Assembly (NCBI RefSeq): GCF_001447785.1
Contig: NW_015163101.1
Coordinates: forward strand, 392,059-456,058
Direction of reading: 5' to 3'
Length of the DNA: 64,000 nucleotides
From: Gekko japonicus
Taxonomy: Eukaryota
In this document: one piece after another, positions 1 through 12,122 of the stretch
Numbering within the stretch: position 1 is the stretch's first letter
Layout of the letters: each line of letters starts with the position of its first letter
Program-made: the position numbers and the translations under genes
Notes under the pieces: generated by a model
What the model was told of the DNA's origin: nothing
Database searches by the model: none
What the model saw: only the letters and a program-made list of their open reading frames with translations

Positions 1-92
1 GAGGAAGCCTGCTCATTTTCTTCCCAGTCGATATCCTCCTCCCCTCCCCCCTTTCCTGCCATCTCCACGCTGCCCCCCCCCCCTTGGTTCTT

Positions 93-398
93 GCATGAAG
101 TTTTTGGCAGAGCCAGGCTGGCCTTGTGCTTATTTGTCTGGGCTGTGCGTCGTACAGCGATCCTTTCTCTTCAGCTCTTAGAATGGTTGTCAACATTCCG
201 TGGCTTCCCAGTAGCTCTCCTTGTTGTGTGTGAAGGCACAGCTGGGCATGAAGGTTTTGGCAGAGCCAGGCTGGCCTTGTGCTTATTTGTCTGGGCTGTG
301 CGTCGTACAGCGATCCTTTCTCTTCAGCTCTTAGAATGGTTGTCAACATTCCGTGGCTTCCCAGTAGCTCTCCTTGTTGTGTGTGAAGGCACAGCTGG
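93..398. repeat. Tandem duplication, 2 x 153 bp
   Basis: The unit GCATGAAG...GGCACAGCTGG starts at 93 and again at 246, with one visible mismatch. This explains the repeated peptide in ORF 91..417. Confidence 0.95.
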
Positions 399-584
399 CA
401 GGCCCTACAGCTTTTAGGTGAGGTCGCCCTGTGCCTAGTTCATGGGAGGGCTTTATTCTGGCAGAGCCGCAGTTGCCTTCTCCCTGCTCCTTCATAACCC
501 AGCCAAGTAGTGGAAATCCTTACTCCCGTTGGGGATAAAGGCAGGGTATAAATGAAGTAAATAAATGTTATCATTCTCATGCCC

Positions 585-715
585 TATTTTATCCTCACAG
601 CAACCCTGTGAGGTAGGGTTAGGCTGAGATCGCCACGAACCCAAGGTCACCCGGCAAGCTTCCATGGCAGGGTGGGGATTTGAACCTGGGTCTCCTGCAT
701 CCCAGTCAGAGACCC
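585..715 (-). mobile_element. Old tRNA/CORE-type SINE fragment
   Basis: TTTATCCTCACAGCAACCCTGTGAGGTAGG...CCAAGGTCACC...GGATTTGAACC, antisense to the SINE body seen in the younger copies. Confidence 0.7.
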
Positions 716-999
716 TATTTGGCAGAACAGTGGGATAAAAATATACTAAACAGACGGGAGTACTATGCAGCAGGGGGTGGCCATGAGGCTTTGGAGAGCT
801 GTTGTAATGGGAGGAGCTGACATCCAGCTAGCATCCCCCCCCATAGTGGACAGAGACACAAGAGCGGCCCTCTTTTGCCGCCCGCCCTTAACAAGCCCTG
901 AACTCCTCTCCCGTTTTCTCCAGGGCCTGAGAATTCTCCCAGCAAATTGTTGAACAGCTTGAGCTGGATGAAAAGCTCCTGCAGGCTGAATTGGAATGT

Positions 1000-1024
1000 G
1001 ACACACACACACACACACACACAC
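1000..1024. repeat. (CA)n microsatellite
   Basis: Direct reading. Confidence 0.95.
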
Positions 1025-1083
1025 TATAATTTGCCCACTTCTGCTCTGCAGGGTTGTTTTAAAGATGATTGTGGATGTATGAA

Positions 1084-1258
1084 GGCTGGATGGTCCGGGC
1101 AGCTCGACCTCATCATAGCATTTGGATGGGAGGGAGGCCACCAAGGCAGGCCAGGGCTGCTCCGCAGAGACAGGCGGTGGCAGACCACCTCTGAAGGCCT
1201 CTGGCCTCGTCAACCTCACGAGCAGTCGCCACACGTCGGCTGTGACTTGACGGCACTT
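1084..1258 (+). mobile_element. Degenerate 5S-rRNA-headed SINE
   Basis: TTGGATGGGAG...ACCAAGG 5S-like segment, then GGCAGACCACCTCTG and a GTCGCC...TGACTTGACGGCAC tail. Same layout as the 52158 copy. Confidence 0.55.
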
Positions 1259-1265
1259 TCCTCCA

Positions 1266-1551
1266 GAGAGCCAGTTTGGTGTCGTGGTTAAGTGTGCGGA
1301 CTCTAATCTGGGAGAACCGGATTTGATTCCCCACTCCTCCACTTGCACCTGCTGATGTGACCTTCGGTCAGTCACAAGCTCTGGCACAGCTGTCCTTGAA
1401 AAAGAGCAGTTTGTGTCAGAGCTCTCTCAGCCCCACCCACCTCACAGGGTGTCTGTTGTGGGGAGGGGAAGGGAAAGGAGTTTGTAAGCCGCTCTGAGAC
1501 TCCAAGTGAAGGGCGGGGTATAAATCCAATCTCCTCCTCCTCTCCTCCTCC
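1266..1551 (+). mobile_element. Gecko-type tRNA-derived SINE (Squam3-like)
   Basis: GAGAGCCAGTTTGGTG..GTGGTTAAG A-box region, GATTTGATTCCCC B-box region, tail GGGCGGGGTATAAATCCAA plus (CTC)n. At least 8 similar copies in the window. Confidence 0.85.
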
Positions 1552-1729
1552 ACCATGAATACTTAGGAGTGTTACTGTGGAAATGCCAGCGGCCGGCCTC
1601 CGCCACCAAAGCCAGCTGCCCCCCACAGAGTGGATCTGAAAGGGGTCAGGGAGAATCCTGTTCTGAGTCTTTCTGGACATCGTTGACTGTTCCACTGCGC
1701 TGCCACCAAACAGCAGGTGGGGTGAGGAC

Positions 1730-1935
1730 CAGTGTTCCCTCTAAGCTGAGTTAGTGTGAGCTAGCTCACAGTTTTTTAGCCTCCGGCTCACATGTTTTTG
1801 TCTTAACTCAGGAAGGAGGGCTCCAGTGCAAACTAATTTATGCAGTAGCCAAATTACCTGCTCACAACTTTAATGCCAGTAGCTCACGAAGTAGAATTTT
1901 TGCTCACAGGACTCCACAGCTTAGAGGGAACATTG
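1730..1935 (+). mobile_element. hAT-type MITE (206 bp)
   Basis: TIR CAGTGTTCCCTCTAAGCTG / CAGCTTAGAGGGAACATTG, 8-bp TSD GTGAGGAC/GCGAGGAC. Confidence 0.9.
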
Positions 1936-2673
1936 GCGAGGACCATAACTGAAAGGTTGCACAACACTGAAACTTACATTTGGCTCATAAATCCTGCCTT
2001 TTCCAATTGTGGTCATGGCTGGCGGTGGATGTTGTGCCCCTGCCGTCGGAAAGCGTGGAGAGGGCCATAAAGCGAGCATGGCTTCACTTTGTAAAACACA
2101 AATAAAATGGCCAGCAAGGCTGTCTCTCCGTTTGGGAAATTACAGTTTTCAGTCTAATAACTGACCTTTTCCCAGCTGCTCTGAGAACGACAGCGGTGTT
2201 TATTGGCTCTTATTCTGGAACTGGTACCCAGGTTTCCACAGCCAGGCTTACCCTCTCTCCCTCTCCTTTCCTCACTGAGGGAGCTCCCAGACCCATGGGC
2301 TGGATGGCTCAGTCGATGCGCAGTAGAAGAACAGAGTCCAGTGGTCTCAGCATCCCCTCTGAGACCCTGGAGAGCCTTTGCCAGTCACAGGAGACGGGTC
2401 GGGGCTAGATGGACCCGTGGTTAGACGCATAAGGCAGCACCACGGGATTGTGGGGAACATGTGGGAGGATAACAGGCCCATGTTTTAGACATTCAGAGGA
2501 GGGAACAAGGAAAATGAACCCCTTTCCGTAGCAACAGTGAGGAGCCTCTTATTCATGGCTGTGCATTGCACGTGGGGGTCAACTGTGTGGGTGGCAGACT
2601 GTTCCTTGGGGCAGAACCTCAGAGGCTAGAGGGCCACACGATGGTTGCAAACCCCCCCCCCGAAGATGAGGGT

Positions 2674-3205
2674 TGGTAAGGGGAACTAGCCACCCCCAAG
2701 GCTTGAACATCAGTCCATCAGTCCACCGAATCAGACCCTCAGTCCATCAGTCAGACTGGCAGTGGCTCTCTGTCAGGTCTCACCGCAATTCAACGGAGTA
2801 CACACTTATAGAAAGGTATTACTTTATTGAAGCCATGAGTCACTGCACAGAAGAACTGTTCAGAATAACCCGAAGGACTTGGGTTGGAAAGGTTAAAGCA
2901 ATTTCATAATCAATGCGGTCAATAGCTATGATTCCCGCCCGCGCCTAAGAAGCATTTTTACGCACCCAAAACCCCTGGGAACTCAACGGTAACTGTGTTA
3001 TCGTTCCCTTACACTTCCCACGGTTTCTACTCATTAAAACCAAGCAAAGCAGAGCAGTCCACATCCCTTAACCACCTGTGACCTTGGAAATACAGCAGAC
3101 AGGCCTGGCGTACACTAACAAGAATGCAGCTATGAATATATGCGCATGGTTATATGAACAGACCTCGGGGGGGGGGACACAGAACAAGGTACATTGCCAT
3201 GCACA
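2674..3205 (-). mobile_element. Possible solo LTR
   Basis: Minus strand reads TG...CA and has AATAAA (plus-strand TTTATT near 2823). No clean TSD, so the boundaries are tentative. Confidence 0.35.
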
Positions 3206-3257
3206 GGTACTTCAGGAGCCTGTAGGAACATAAAGAACATTTGGCAGCTTGCTGACA

Positions 3258-3395
3258 CTCTCCAGGGTCTCTGGCTGAGGTCTTTCACACCACCGACTGC
3301 CTGGTCCTTTTAACTGGAGATGCTGCCGGGGATTGAACCTGGGACCTTCTGCATGCCAAGCAGAGGCTCTACCGCTGAGCCACAGCTCCTTCCCC
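3258..3395 (-). mobile_element. tRNA-derived SINE head
   Basis: Minus strand GGAGCTGTGGCTCAGCGGTAGAGC...CCCAGGTTCAATCCCCGGC (A and B boxes), continuing into non-tRNA body sequence. Confidence 0.75.
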
Positions 3396-4302
3396 AAATA
3401 ACTCTGACTGCCTGTGCCACAAAGAGCCACCTGGGAGGGAGAAGCAAGCAAGTCCATCTGCCCCCTCGTTCTTCAGAATGCCTGCCTGCTATGGGTGTGA
3501 CTGGTTGTTAATTTTTTTAACCAGCAGGATTCTGTTGGTGGGAAGCAGGAGGCCTCTCCCTTAGCAACCCAGGCTGTGTCTGCGGGCTCTCTGGTTCCTG
3601 CCCTTGAGGTGGTGCCGGAGGAGGAGCCCCTCCTGCAGGGACTTCTGTCTTCTCCAGTCCCTTTGGACACTGTTCTGATCTTTTAACAACTGGCTTGTAA
3701 TATGCAGAGTGTCTTTCTGCCTAGCTGGTTGTGATGGGGAAGTGGGGACGGCTTTGTGCAGGGTGGTGCTGGGGGCACAATGGAGTGGCTGGCCCTGGTG
3801 CCTCTGGAGCCTGCTTGTCCACCATACAGGGTTGTCACATGGGCATGGGAGGTCTGGTGGCTGGAGGAGTGATGAACTTTTGCCATGTGCTGGGGGTTCT
3901 GTTGATGCTCCCGGTCCTTCTGGCTCCCATCCCCTCCTCAGGGCCTCTCTCCCACCTGGCCTTTGAACTTAATGCTCTGCGGTGCCAGCCCTGTGAGAAA
4001 TTAAACCGGCCAGATCCGTGATATGGTGGTGGAGGAGGAGGAGGAGAGGGGGCTGACCTGACTTGTGTGACCGAAACCGGCCCGAGGATTCAGGCAATGT
4101 CACTCTGACACAGCTGAGTCCTCCATCAACCCAGAATTGTGGGAGGGGGAGGGGTTGCCATCATCCTCTGGGGACCTCTCTCCTGCAGTGGATTCCCAGC
4201 ACAGTATTGCTAACACCGATTGCACCTACTGCATGTCTGGATCCAGGGACAGGTGAGGCATCTTTTTGGTTTACAGTCCACCTACATTCCCAATTAACAA
4301 TT

Positions 4303-4640
4303 GAGCTGCGGTGGCTCAAGTGGTTAAGACACTGAACTGCAGGCTGTGGAAGGTCAGTAGTTCAGCAGTTCAAGGCCCAGGTGCCGCGAGCTCCCGTCTC
4401 TAATTCCAGCTCCTGCCAACCTAGCAGTTCAAAAGCAAGAAATTGCAAATAGATAAATAGGTACCACTTCGGTGGGAAGGTAACAGCGTTCCGTGCGTCT
4501 TGGTGTTTAGTCATGCCGGCCACATGACCACGGAAACGTCTTTGGACAGCGCTGGCTCTTCGGCTTTGAAACGGAGATGAGCACTGCAACCCTAGAGTCT
4601 GATTCGACTGGCTTTCGAGCAAGGGAACCTTTACCTTTAC
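4303..4640 (+). mobile_element. Sauria-type SINE, full length
   Basis: GAGCTGCGGTGGCTCAAGTGGTTAAG head, CCTGCCAACCTAGCAGTTC..AAAGCA core, (ACCTTT)n tail. 19-bp TSD CCACCTACATTCCCAATTA at 4278 and 4640. Confidence 0.9.
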
Positions 4641-4737
4641 CACCTACATTCCCAATTAGCTTCCTGTTTGAGCTGATAAAGGTGGTTTCTGATTTAGTGT
4701 TACAGCCCCCCTCCCCCAGGTGACGGTCATGGGGGCT

Positions 4738-4943
4738 TAAGAACATAAGAGAAGCCAATGCTGGATCAGGCCAATGGCCCATCCAGTCCAACACTCTGTC
4801 ACACAGTGGCTAAAAATACCAGGTGCCATCAGAAGGCCCACCAGTGGGGCCAGGACACTAGAAGCCCTCCCACTGTTGCCCCCCGCCCTCAGGCACCAAG
4901 AATATAGAGCATCACTCGCCCCAGACTGAGAGTTCCTATCTGT
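4738..4943 (-). mobile_element. CR1 LINE 3' end
   Basis: TAAGAACATAAGAGAAGCC...GGATCAGGCCAATGGCCCATCCAGTCCAAC, the reverse complement of the CR1 tail at 5751-6153. Confidence 0.85.
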
Positions 4944-5039
4944 ACGGTCCCTTAAGTTTTTTTTTTTTAAATATCTACATGAAGCCTCTTTAAGGAGACT
5001 ATATGAATCTTTGCAGGATGCAAATGACACTAGCTATAC

Positions 5040-5600
5040 ATGTCATTGAATCCTGCCGTCTGTCTTAGGTCAGCGCCTGACCCCCGTAGCCAGGTGGTTG
5101 AGAGAGAGTCAACGGAAGCTGAATCCAAACAGGACAGAGGTGATGCTGCTCAGTAAGGCAGCTGTTCTCTCTCTCTCTCTGTGTAATGTTACCTACTTCC
5201 GATGTTACCTACCTGTCTTTGACAGATACTGTTAGGGCTGTGGGGCTCCTATAGACCCCACTCTGTCAACAGAGAAGCAGTTACTATGGTGCCTAAGGAT
5301 GTGTTTCCAGCTACAGTTAGCCTGAAAGCTTTCCCCTTTTTTGATACTGCTGACCTGGCCACGCTGCTCCACATTACAGTCACCTCAAGGCTTGATTACT
5401 GTAACACACTCTTTGTGGGGCTGCCTTTGCAGACTTGGAAATGGCAGCTGGAACAAAACGTGGCAGCCTGTTTGGTGTCAGGGGAGAACCGGAGTGTACA
5501 TTTCAATCTTGTTTGGCAGTCTCTTCTTCACTGGCTGTCAGTTTGTTTCCGGGCCCAATGGAAGGTGTTGCCTTTCAGGACCCACATCTCTGCAAGACTG
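5040..5600 (+). mobile_element. Decayed L2 LINE ORF2 C-terminal fragment
   Basis: ORF 5286 encodes SRLDYCNTLFVGLP...LEQNVAACLV...LHWLSVCFRAQWKVL, the typical L2 C-terminal motifs. Confidence 0.8.
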
Positions 5601-5750
5601 TCCCTCCCATAGGGCCGTGACATTTGACACTGTAACCCCTTCTGGCCGTGCTTCCCCCCTCCCCCACTACGGTGCATCCAGCTTTCCGCCAGGCCCCAGG
5701 CTGTCTCAGCACCTGCCCCTGTTTATGGAACAGCCTCCCAAACGGTTGAG

Positions 5751-6153
5751 GAACTCGTGGGCACTCCATGAAATTGCTGAACGGTCGGGTTAGAACAGAT
5801 AAAAGGAAGTACTTCTTCACCCAAAGAGTGATTAACACTTGGAATTCACTGCCACAGGAAGTGGTGGTGGCTACAAGCATGGGCGGCTTCAAAAGGGAAT
5901 TAGATAAGCATATGGAGCAGAGGTCCATCAGTGGCTATTAGCCACAGTGTATAGATAGGGACTCTGGGGCAAGTGATGCTCTGTCATCTTGGTGCTTGGG
6001 GGGGCCAACAGTGGGAGGGCTTCTAATGTCCTGGCCCCACTGGTGGACCTCCTGATGGCACCTGGTATTTCTGGCCACTGTGTGATACAGAGTGTTAGAC
6101 TGGATGGGCCTTTGGCCTGATCCAACATTGGCGTCTCTTATGTTCTTATGTTC
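5751..6153 (+). mobile_element. CR1 LINE 3' fragment
   Basis: Encodes TRGHSMKL..GRVRTDKRKYFFTQRVINTWNSLPQEVV and ends in a (TTATGTTC)n tail. Confidence 0.9.
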
Positions 6154-6421
6154 CTGCCCAGACCACCTTCTGAGGGGGCTGTAAAACTCAAATTTCTGGG
6201 AAGGTGTTTTAATGTTAGCTCGTGTGTGTTTGTGTGTTCTGACTGATATTGTGTTTGAAGTTTGCTGCTTGCCTTGGCTGTCGGCTGTTGGAGAAAGGTA
6301 GGCTGGCGCATATTGCAAAGACACAGCCAGCCGAGAGCCCCTCTTTCCGGCAGAGAAGGAGCAGCCTCTGGGAACTGGGTTCCCTCCTCTTGCCAGAAGG
6401 AACTGGGGAAGAGAGTGGGGG

Positions 6422-6817
6422 CAGGGTTGCCATCTATGGGGTTAGGAAATTCCTGGAGATTTGGGGGGTTAGGGCCTGGGGAGGGCAGAGTTTGGGGAAA
6501 GGAAGGACCTCTAAGCTGTGGAGTCTTGTGAGCAAAAATTCTACTCTGTGAGCTGCTGGCACTAAAGTTGTGAGCGAGAGATTTGGCTACTGTGTAAATT
6601 AGTTTGCTCCGGAGTCCTCCTTCCTGAGTAAAGTCAAAAATGTATGAGCTGGAGGCTAAAAAACTGTGAGCTAGCTGGGCCTCAGCAGGGTATGGTGCCA
6701 TAGAGTCCACCCCCAGAGCAGCAGCCGTTTTCTCCAGGGGAACTGATCTTTTGTAGTCTGGAGAGAAGTAGTGATTCCGGGAGGTCTCCAGGCCTCACCT
6801 GGAGGCTGGCAACCATA
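6422..6817. mobile_element. Non-autonomous DNA element with AGGGTTGCC...GGCAACC termini, carrying an internal MITE fragment
   Basis: Termini CAGGGTTGCC / GGCAACCATA. Positions 6507-6677 match the interior of the 206-bp MITE in reverse orientation. Confidence 0.7.
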
Positions 6818-7544
6818 CATGAAGAGCTCGGTCTGCCTGTCATTGCTGGTCAAAGGACCAAGGGCCGCGGGCAAGTCAAGAGGCAAGCAGAAACTGGCAC
6901 AGAAAGTGGGCTCTGGGAATGGGATTATGGTAAACCCCTTCTGCGGGGGGAAGGGGGGGATAACCAAGTGTGTGTGTGTGTATGTGTGTGTGCAGAGTGG
7001 CATTTGCAGCCGCCCCCGTTCCCCCTGGTGTCATTTGGTTCATGGTAATCATTTTAAGAGGCAGCAGGTGGGATTGCCCGCAAGCGCAACTGTCATTTTC
7101 TTTGTTACTTTCGGGCGAGTTGCTTCCAAGCTCCTTGTGCCTGGCATTTATTTACCAGGGCTGGAAGCACCTTTACCTCTGTGTGGAGAAATGGAAATTG
7201 ATCTATGGGGCAGGGGTGCCCGTGATCCAGGAAACGTCAGGTTTCCCTTCCAGAGTCTTATTAACTGGTGTTGATTCTAGCCAGGCTTTTTGTACTGATA
7301 TTTATAAATCAAGTGCAGGTTTGGAAAGACTGAAGTTGTGGGGACAGCAGGCCAGGCACCTAAGAAAGCTGCACTCGCTTTCTGAATGGTGCTTCCCCAA
7401 GAGGAGCTGGATGGATCAGGCCCCCAGGCAGTGCTCAGTGTGCATTTGGGGAGTGTGTGTATGTGGGGTTGGGAGGGAATGCTTATATCTTTTTGCTTGC
7501 AGAAGGTGCCATCTTCAGTCTCTGCCGTCTCTCAGGTTTCTTGG

Positions 7545-8059
7545 CTGGTTTCTTGGCTTGGTTTCTGCAGGAGGCCCAACAGCATCACGGCAGGATGGGC
7601 CAGGTGTTAGGCGGGTGGGTGTGTTTAGGGGGCATGCATGTTTTCACTGCTCTCCCCATAAGTTAGTCTCGGGGCCAGGGGAGCTCCTTTGTGGGTCCTC
7701 AATGCAAGAAGGTTGCAGGTCTCAGAAAATGCATAAGATCAGACCAAAAGTCTCTGTAGAGCAGTCTCCTGTTGCCAAAAGGGGACAGGCAGATGTCTTG
7801 AGGAGGCTTGGCTGCTGCGTAAATGAGTTTGCTCTGGTTTCTTGGCTTGGTTTCTGCAAGAGGCCAAACAGCATCACGGCAGGATGGGCCAGGTGTTAGG
7901 CAGGTGGGTGTGTTTAGTCTTGGGGCCAGGGGAGCTCCTTTGTGGGTCCTCAATGCAAGAAGGTTTCAGATCTCAGAAAATGCGTAAGATCAGACCAAAA
8001 GTCTCTGTAGAGCAGTCTCCTGTTTCCAAAAGGGGACAGGCAGATGTCTTGAGGAGGCT
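7545..8059. repeat. Near-tandem duplication (264 bp and 226 bp)
   Basis: Copies at 7545-7808 and 7834-8059. Copy 2 lacks 38 bp bounded by TTAG microhomology. Confidence 0.9.
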
Positions 8060-8679
8060 CAAAAGCGGGACATGAAGGAGCCCATGGTCCTATTTTTGTT
8101 TGCTCCCAACAGTTGGTATTAGAGGTAGATGCCTTTGTATACGGAGGCTTCATTTACATTTTCAGTAAAAAAAATTGGATTCTCCAGGGACAGGCTACCC
8201 ACTTTTAAGGCTGCCTTGTTTGAGGTTAAAAGGTTGCCCTAGAACAGCTCACTGGGTCTCCTCTGGAGGAGGAGGGCAATGCAGAATCAAAGTATAACAC
8301 AATCCCAGACGGGCTTCTTCCTTTACCTTGCTTCTTTTGAGATGTAGTTTTTGATGATGTATGTTTCCCAGGAGAGGTTAAACAGCTACACATTTCGGTT
8401 TCTGACTGGGAAAACTGTGGATACAAAACATCTCTGCATTTTTTGATGTTAGTCCAGGCAGCTGGAAGCTGCACTTGAACGGTCTCTTATTTATAACAAG
8501 TGTTTCAGCTGCCGCCTTCTTGCTGACATCTGAACGGTTCTGGGCAGGTTGAACCCCCCCACCCACCCCCCGCGCTGCCTCTCTGCCTTTTGATCTTTTG
8601 CTACCCCGTGGAGTTCCATGGCAGAAAGGCTGCTTAGCATTCATGGCTGTGCAGAAGCAAAGGAGGTGGGATCCCATTC

Positions 8680-9790
8680 TGATACCGAAACTCCTCTAAG
8701 GACAGTTCCGAATGCCCAACTCAGACTTATGTACGACAGTGGGTGTGGCGTGAGTAATTTTCCCATGTATCCAGAGGGCGGATTGGCCAACGAACGCTCC
8801 TATTTCCCAGGAATTGAGACAACACACTAGGTTTACTGAATAAATGTTGCCTTTTACTAAGCAGTTTTCAAGCATACGAAAAACAGATGCACACGCAGAT
8901 TCACACAAGTTCCTTAGTTACAATAGTATATAGAAAGCAATCAGCATGGAAAATAAGAAATTCAACAGACAAGGGGGATAACACAGCAGGATATCGCTTA
9001 TACTTATCTGAGGTCCAAGCTGAGAAGAAATCTCCTCAGTAGAAAGAATGGGGCAGCTCAAGTATCAGCTGGTGGACTCTAAACACACGGACTGGACCGG
9101 CCAAGCCACGTGCGGGTTATTGAGTCGCGACTCCCGAGAACGCAGTAAGAATCACCTGCAGCACTTAAGTTGCAAGGTAAGGGAGGGGTGGGTTAACTGG
9201 AGAAACAAAGGCTGTGTTTCTCTTTTTAAAAGCTTGTTTTTGGGTTTGGCTTAAGGCCAATAAACCCCTAGAAGACCGTCCCCATTCCTATGCTATAGGT
9301 TCAGGGTTTGTGACGTCCTAATTGAGGGGAAGGGGGCAATATTCAAATGCTCTACCCTAACTTCAAAGGGAGCCATGTGGCCAGGTGTGAAACCGTTGTC
9401 TCCATTGGCAACCTTTGACTTGCAGAGATGTGCCTGCTCCAGAGGCAATAAAGGATGAGTTCTTTGTGATGCCAAACCAGATAGAAGAGTGGGTTACATG
9501 GTTTCCCACAGATCAGCAATGGTGGGGAAGCCCGTTGTTCTGCCAGGTTTCCAAACTGAGCAATAATGGCGTTTGTCTCCTTTGTCCAGAGGCACGCTGG
9601 GAATATGCAGGGAGGCACGTGTTCTGTAGTCCAGGCAGTTCAAACCTTGCTCATGCAGAGGCATGAGAGGTAGGACAGTCCACTCAAACACACAGCCACC
9701 CCTTATCCCAAATGCACAGATGTACAGACAATTGACAGACATAGCAGCAGCACAGTACAAACAATGCAGTTACAAGCACACATGGTTACA
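8680..9790 (-). mobile_element. Probable ERV 3' LTR
   Basis: Minus strand begins TGTAACC directly after a purine tract GGAGGAAT (PPT-like) and ends GGTATCA. AGTAAA poly(A)-signal variant near 8845. Confidence 0.5.
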
Positions 9791-11349
9791 ATTCCTCCAG
9801 AGCCCCATCGAGGCTACTTACTAATCTTTATAAGGAACGTGACATTTCGAAGGTGTCTTGCAATTGTCAGTAGCCGGGGGTGTGGTAGGGAGGGCATGGC
9901 GGATTGCCCAGTGCTGTATTTGCAGCTTTTGAAGAAAGCCTTGATGGATCTCAGGCGCCAGGGCACCGTGGCACCTAGAAGTTTTGTTGGGGGCACGTGT
10001 TATTTTCAGCAGTCATGATTCTTAAGTGCTGCTTGGTGATTCTCAGTAGAAGTGCAAAGTGAGGGTGAGGGATAGAGGTTAGCTTTTCACCAAGGCTATT
10101 TATTTGTATGATACGCTACAACATTTTTGTTAGAGCTTCAAATAAAAATGATAAGAAACTGTGAAGAATTTAAGATTAGGTTTTGTGGTCGCAGTAACTA
10201 GAAAGTATGTTCACATAAAACCCTGAAGGCTGAAAAATAAAACTGGCCCCTGCATTTTTCGGGTGGCTTGTAAAGCTGACGAAAACTGGTCAAAGCCTGG
10301 CTGAGGCCAGCCTTGGTAACAGCTGAACAACTAAACCAGTCAGGGAGCCCTGGCTCTGCTCTTCCCACTTCACTGGACTTGCTCAGTGGTCTTTGGTGAG
10401 CCCCCAGCTTAAACTCCCCAAACCTGTAACTAGCTTACCTTATAGGCTTCCTGCAAGGACTGCAAGGCAACGGCACCTGCCCTTTCAGAGGCACAGATCA
10501 GATTTGACCCGGGGTCAGATCCCCACTGGTGCCAGGGAAGCTGGCTCGGGCGACTTTGGGCTAGTCAGACTCTCTCAGCCTAACGTTCCTTGCAGGGTCC
10601 TTGTGAGGATAAAGTGGAGGAGGGGAGGGGAGACGGGTGTTGGCTGCTTTGGGTCCCACTGGGGAGGAAGGCGGGCTACAAATGAAGTACATAAATACAT
10701 AATTTCTTGTTGTTCTGCAAAGATTATTCCCCCTCCCCCACTGTTACTGCTCCGCTCGCCTCCTAAGAAGCAATTTCTGGCTCCTGGCCCCTGTTTCTGG
10801 GTCCTCTTTCCCGTTTACATGGGTGTTCCCGGGTTGCAAGAATCCCTGCTATTTATTAGTGCTTGTTTATAGGGCAGTGTTAGTTTGTACGGCCTGCTTC
10901 GCAGAGTAACATAAGATACCTACGGGGGAGGGCGGGGTATAAATTTGAATAATAAATAAATAAATAAATAAAATACCCCCAAGGCCTGTGCCCCCAAAGA
11001 GCTTGCAGTCTGAATGTAGACATGGTTCTGAAATGGAAATTGGAAGGAGGGCAGAAATGTGTTTCAAAATGGAACCGGGACACCCTCCTGCTTTGGTCCT
11101 GTTGGCAACGACAGGAAGCCCTCTGTGTATCTACAGTCTCTCCTCCTTGAACTAAGTCATGCATCATCTGACACAGTCTCTTCCCTGAGGTGATGACAAT
11201 CTAATATTGTGAATTTGTCCAGATCGGCTTAGGACATGTCTATTTTAATTTTTTGTGTCAATATATGTCAATAAATGTGGGCCCTCAGGCTAGCTAACAG
11301 TTGTGACCCAGATTCAGCACATTACCAGGAAAAAGTGGAGGGTGCAGAC

Positions 11350-11511
11350 CAATGTTCCCTCTAATTCCCCCCCCCCATTGAGTGGAGTGGTTCACATCCT
11401 AAACAGAATAGAACTGCTGTAATCTTGCAGTGGACAATGCGGATTGCTGCCGAGTGGGGCTTCCGGTGTCAATGAGTGGCCGCTCACCTGCAGGGCTTAG
11501 AGAGACCAATG
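11350..11511. mobile_element. hAT-type MITE with related TIR and different interior
   Basis: CAATGTTCCCTCTAA...TTAGAGAGACCAATG, perfect 8-bp TSD GTGCAGAC. Confidence 0.8.
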
Positions 11512-11605
11512 GTGCAGACCCCTTTAGAAAGCAGCAGTTGTTTTAGGGCAAGTGGGACAGAGCACTAAAGGTGTGGCTTCTGCTAGAAACGGCAGCCCTG
11601 GGACC

Positions 11606-11880
11606 AGAGCCAGTTTGGTGTAGTGGTTAATTGTACGGTCTCTAATCTGGGAGAACCGGGTTTGATTCCCCACTCCTCCACTTGCTCCTGCTGGATGACC
11701 TTGGGCAAGCCATAGTTCTGTCAGAGCTGTTCTCTCAAGGGCAGTTCTGGAAAGAGTTCTCTCAGCCCCACCTACCTCACAGGGTGTTTGTTGTGGGGAG
11801 GGGAAGGGAAAGGAGTTTGTAAACCACTCTGAGACTCTGAGTGAAGGGCGGGGTAGAAATCCAGTCTCTTCTCTTCTTCT
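11606..11880 (+). mobile_element. Gecko-type tRNA SINE (Squam3-like)
   Basis: Same head, body and tail as 1266. Confidence 0.85.
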
Positions 11881-12122
11881 TTTTCTCTTCTTTCCAACAG
11901 TCAGTAAAAGTACAAGTTTCAGTCATTCATTTATCCTGTCTGTACCATGCACTCCATAAATAAATTAAGACTTATTATTAATCTAATGTCATGATAAGCA
12001 TTAACAACATGCTGGTCAGAGCATGGTTAAGTTCTGTTGAATATTGGAGTGGTATAGCAGTTAAGGGGTTGCAGTACAAAAGACCAAAAGTAAACCAATA
12101 GTACTGCAAAATGTGCAAAGAT

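Noticed and set aside
930-1000. Protein-like stretch EFSQQIVEQLELDEKLLQAELEC as an exon
   Set aside because: An in-frame TGA lies just after the best acceptor, no donor is found before the (CA)n tract, and I recognise no homology.
3310-3395. tRNA gene
   Set aside because: A and B boxes are present but the acceptor stem is imperfect and the sequence continues into a SINE body.
6970-7899. 309-aa ORF
   Set aside because: Starts in a (TG)n tract, runs through a local duplication, and has no recognisable domain.
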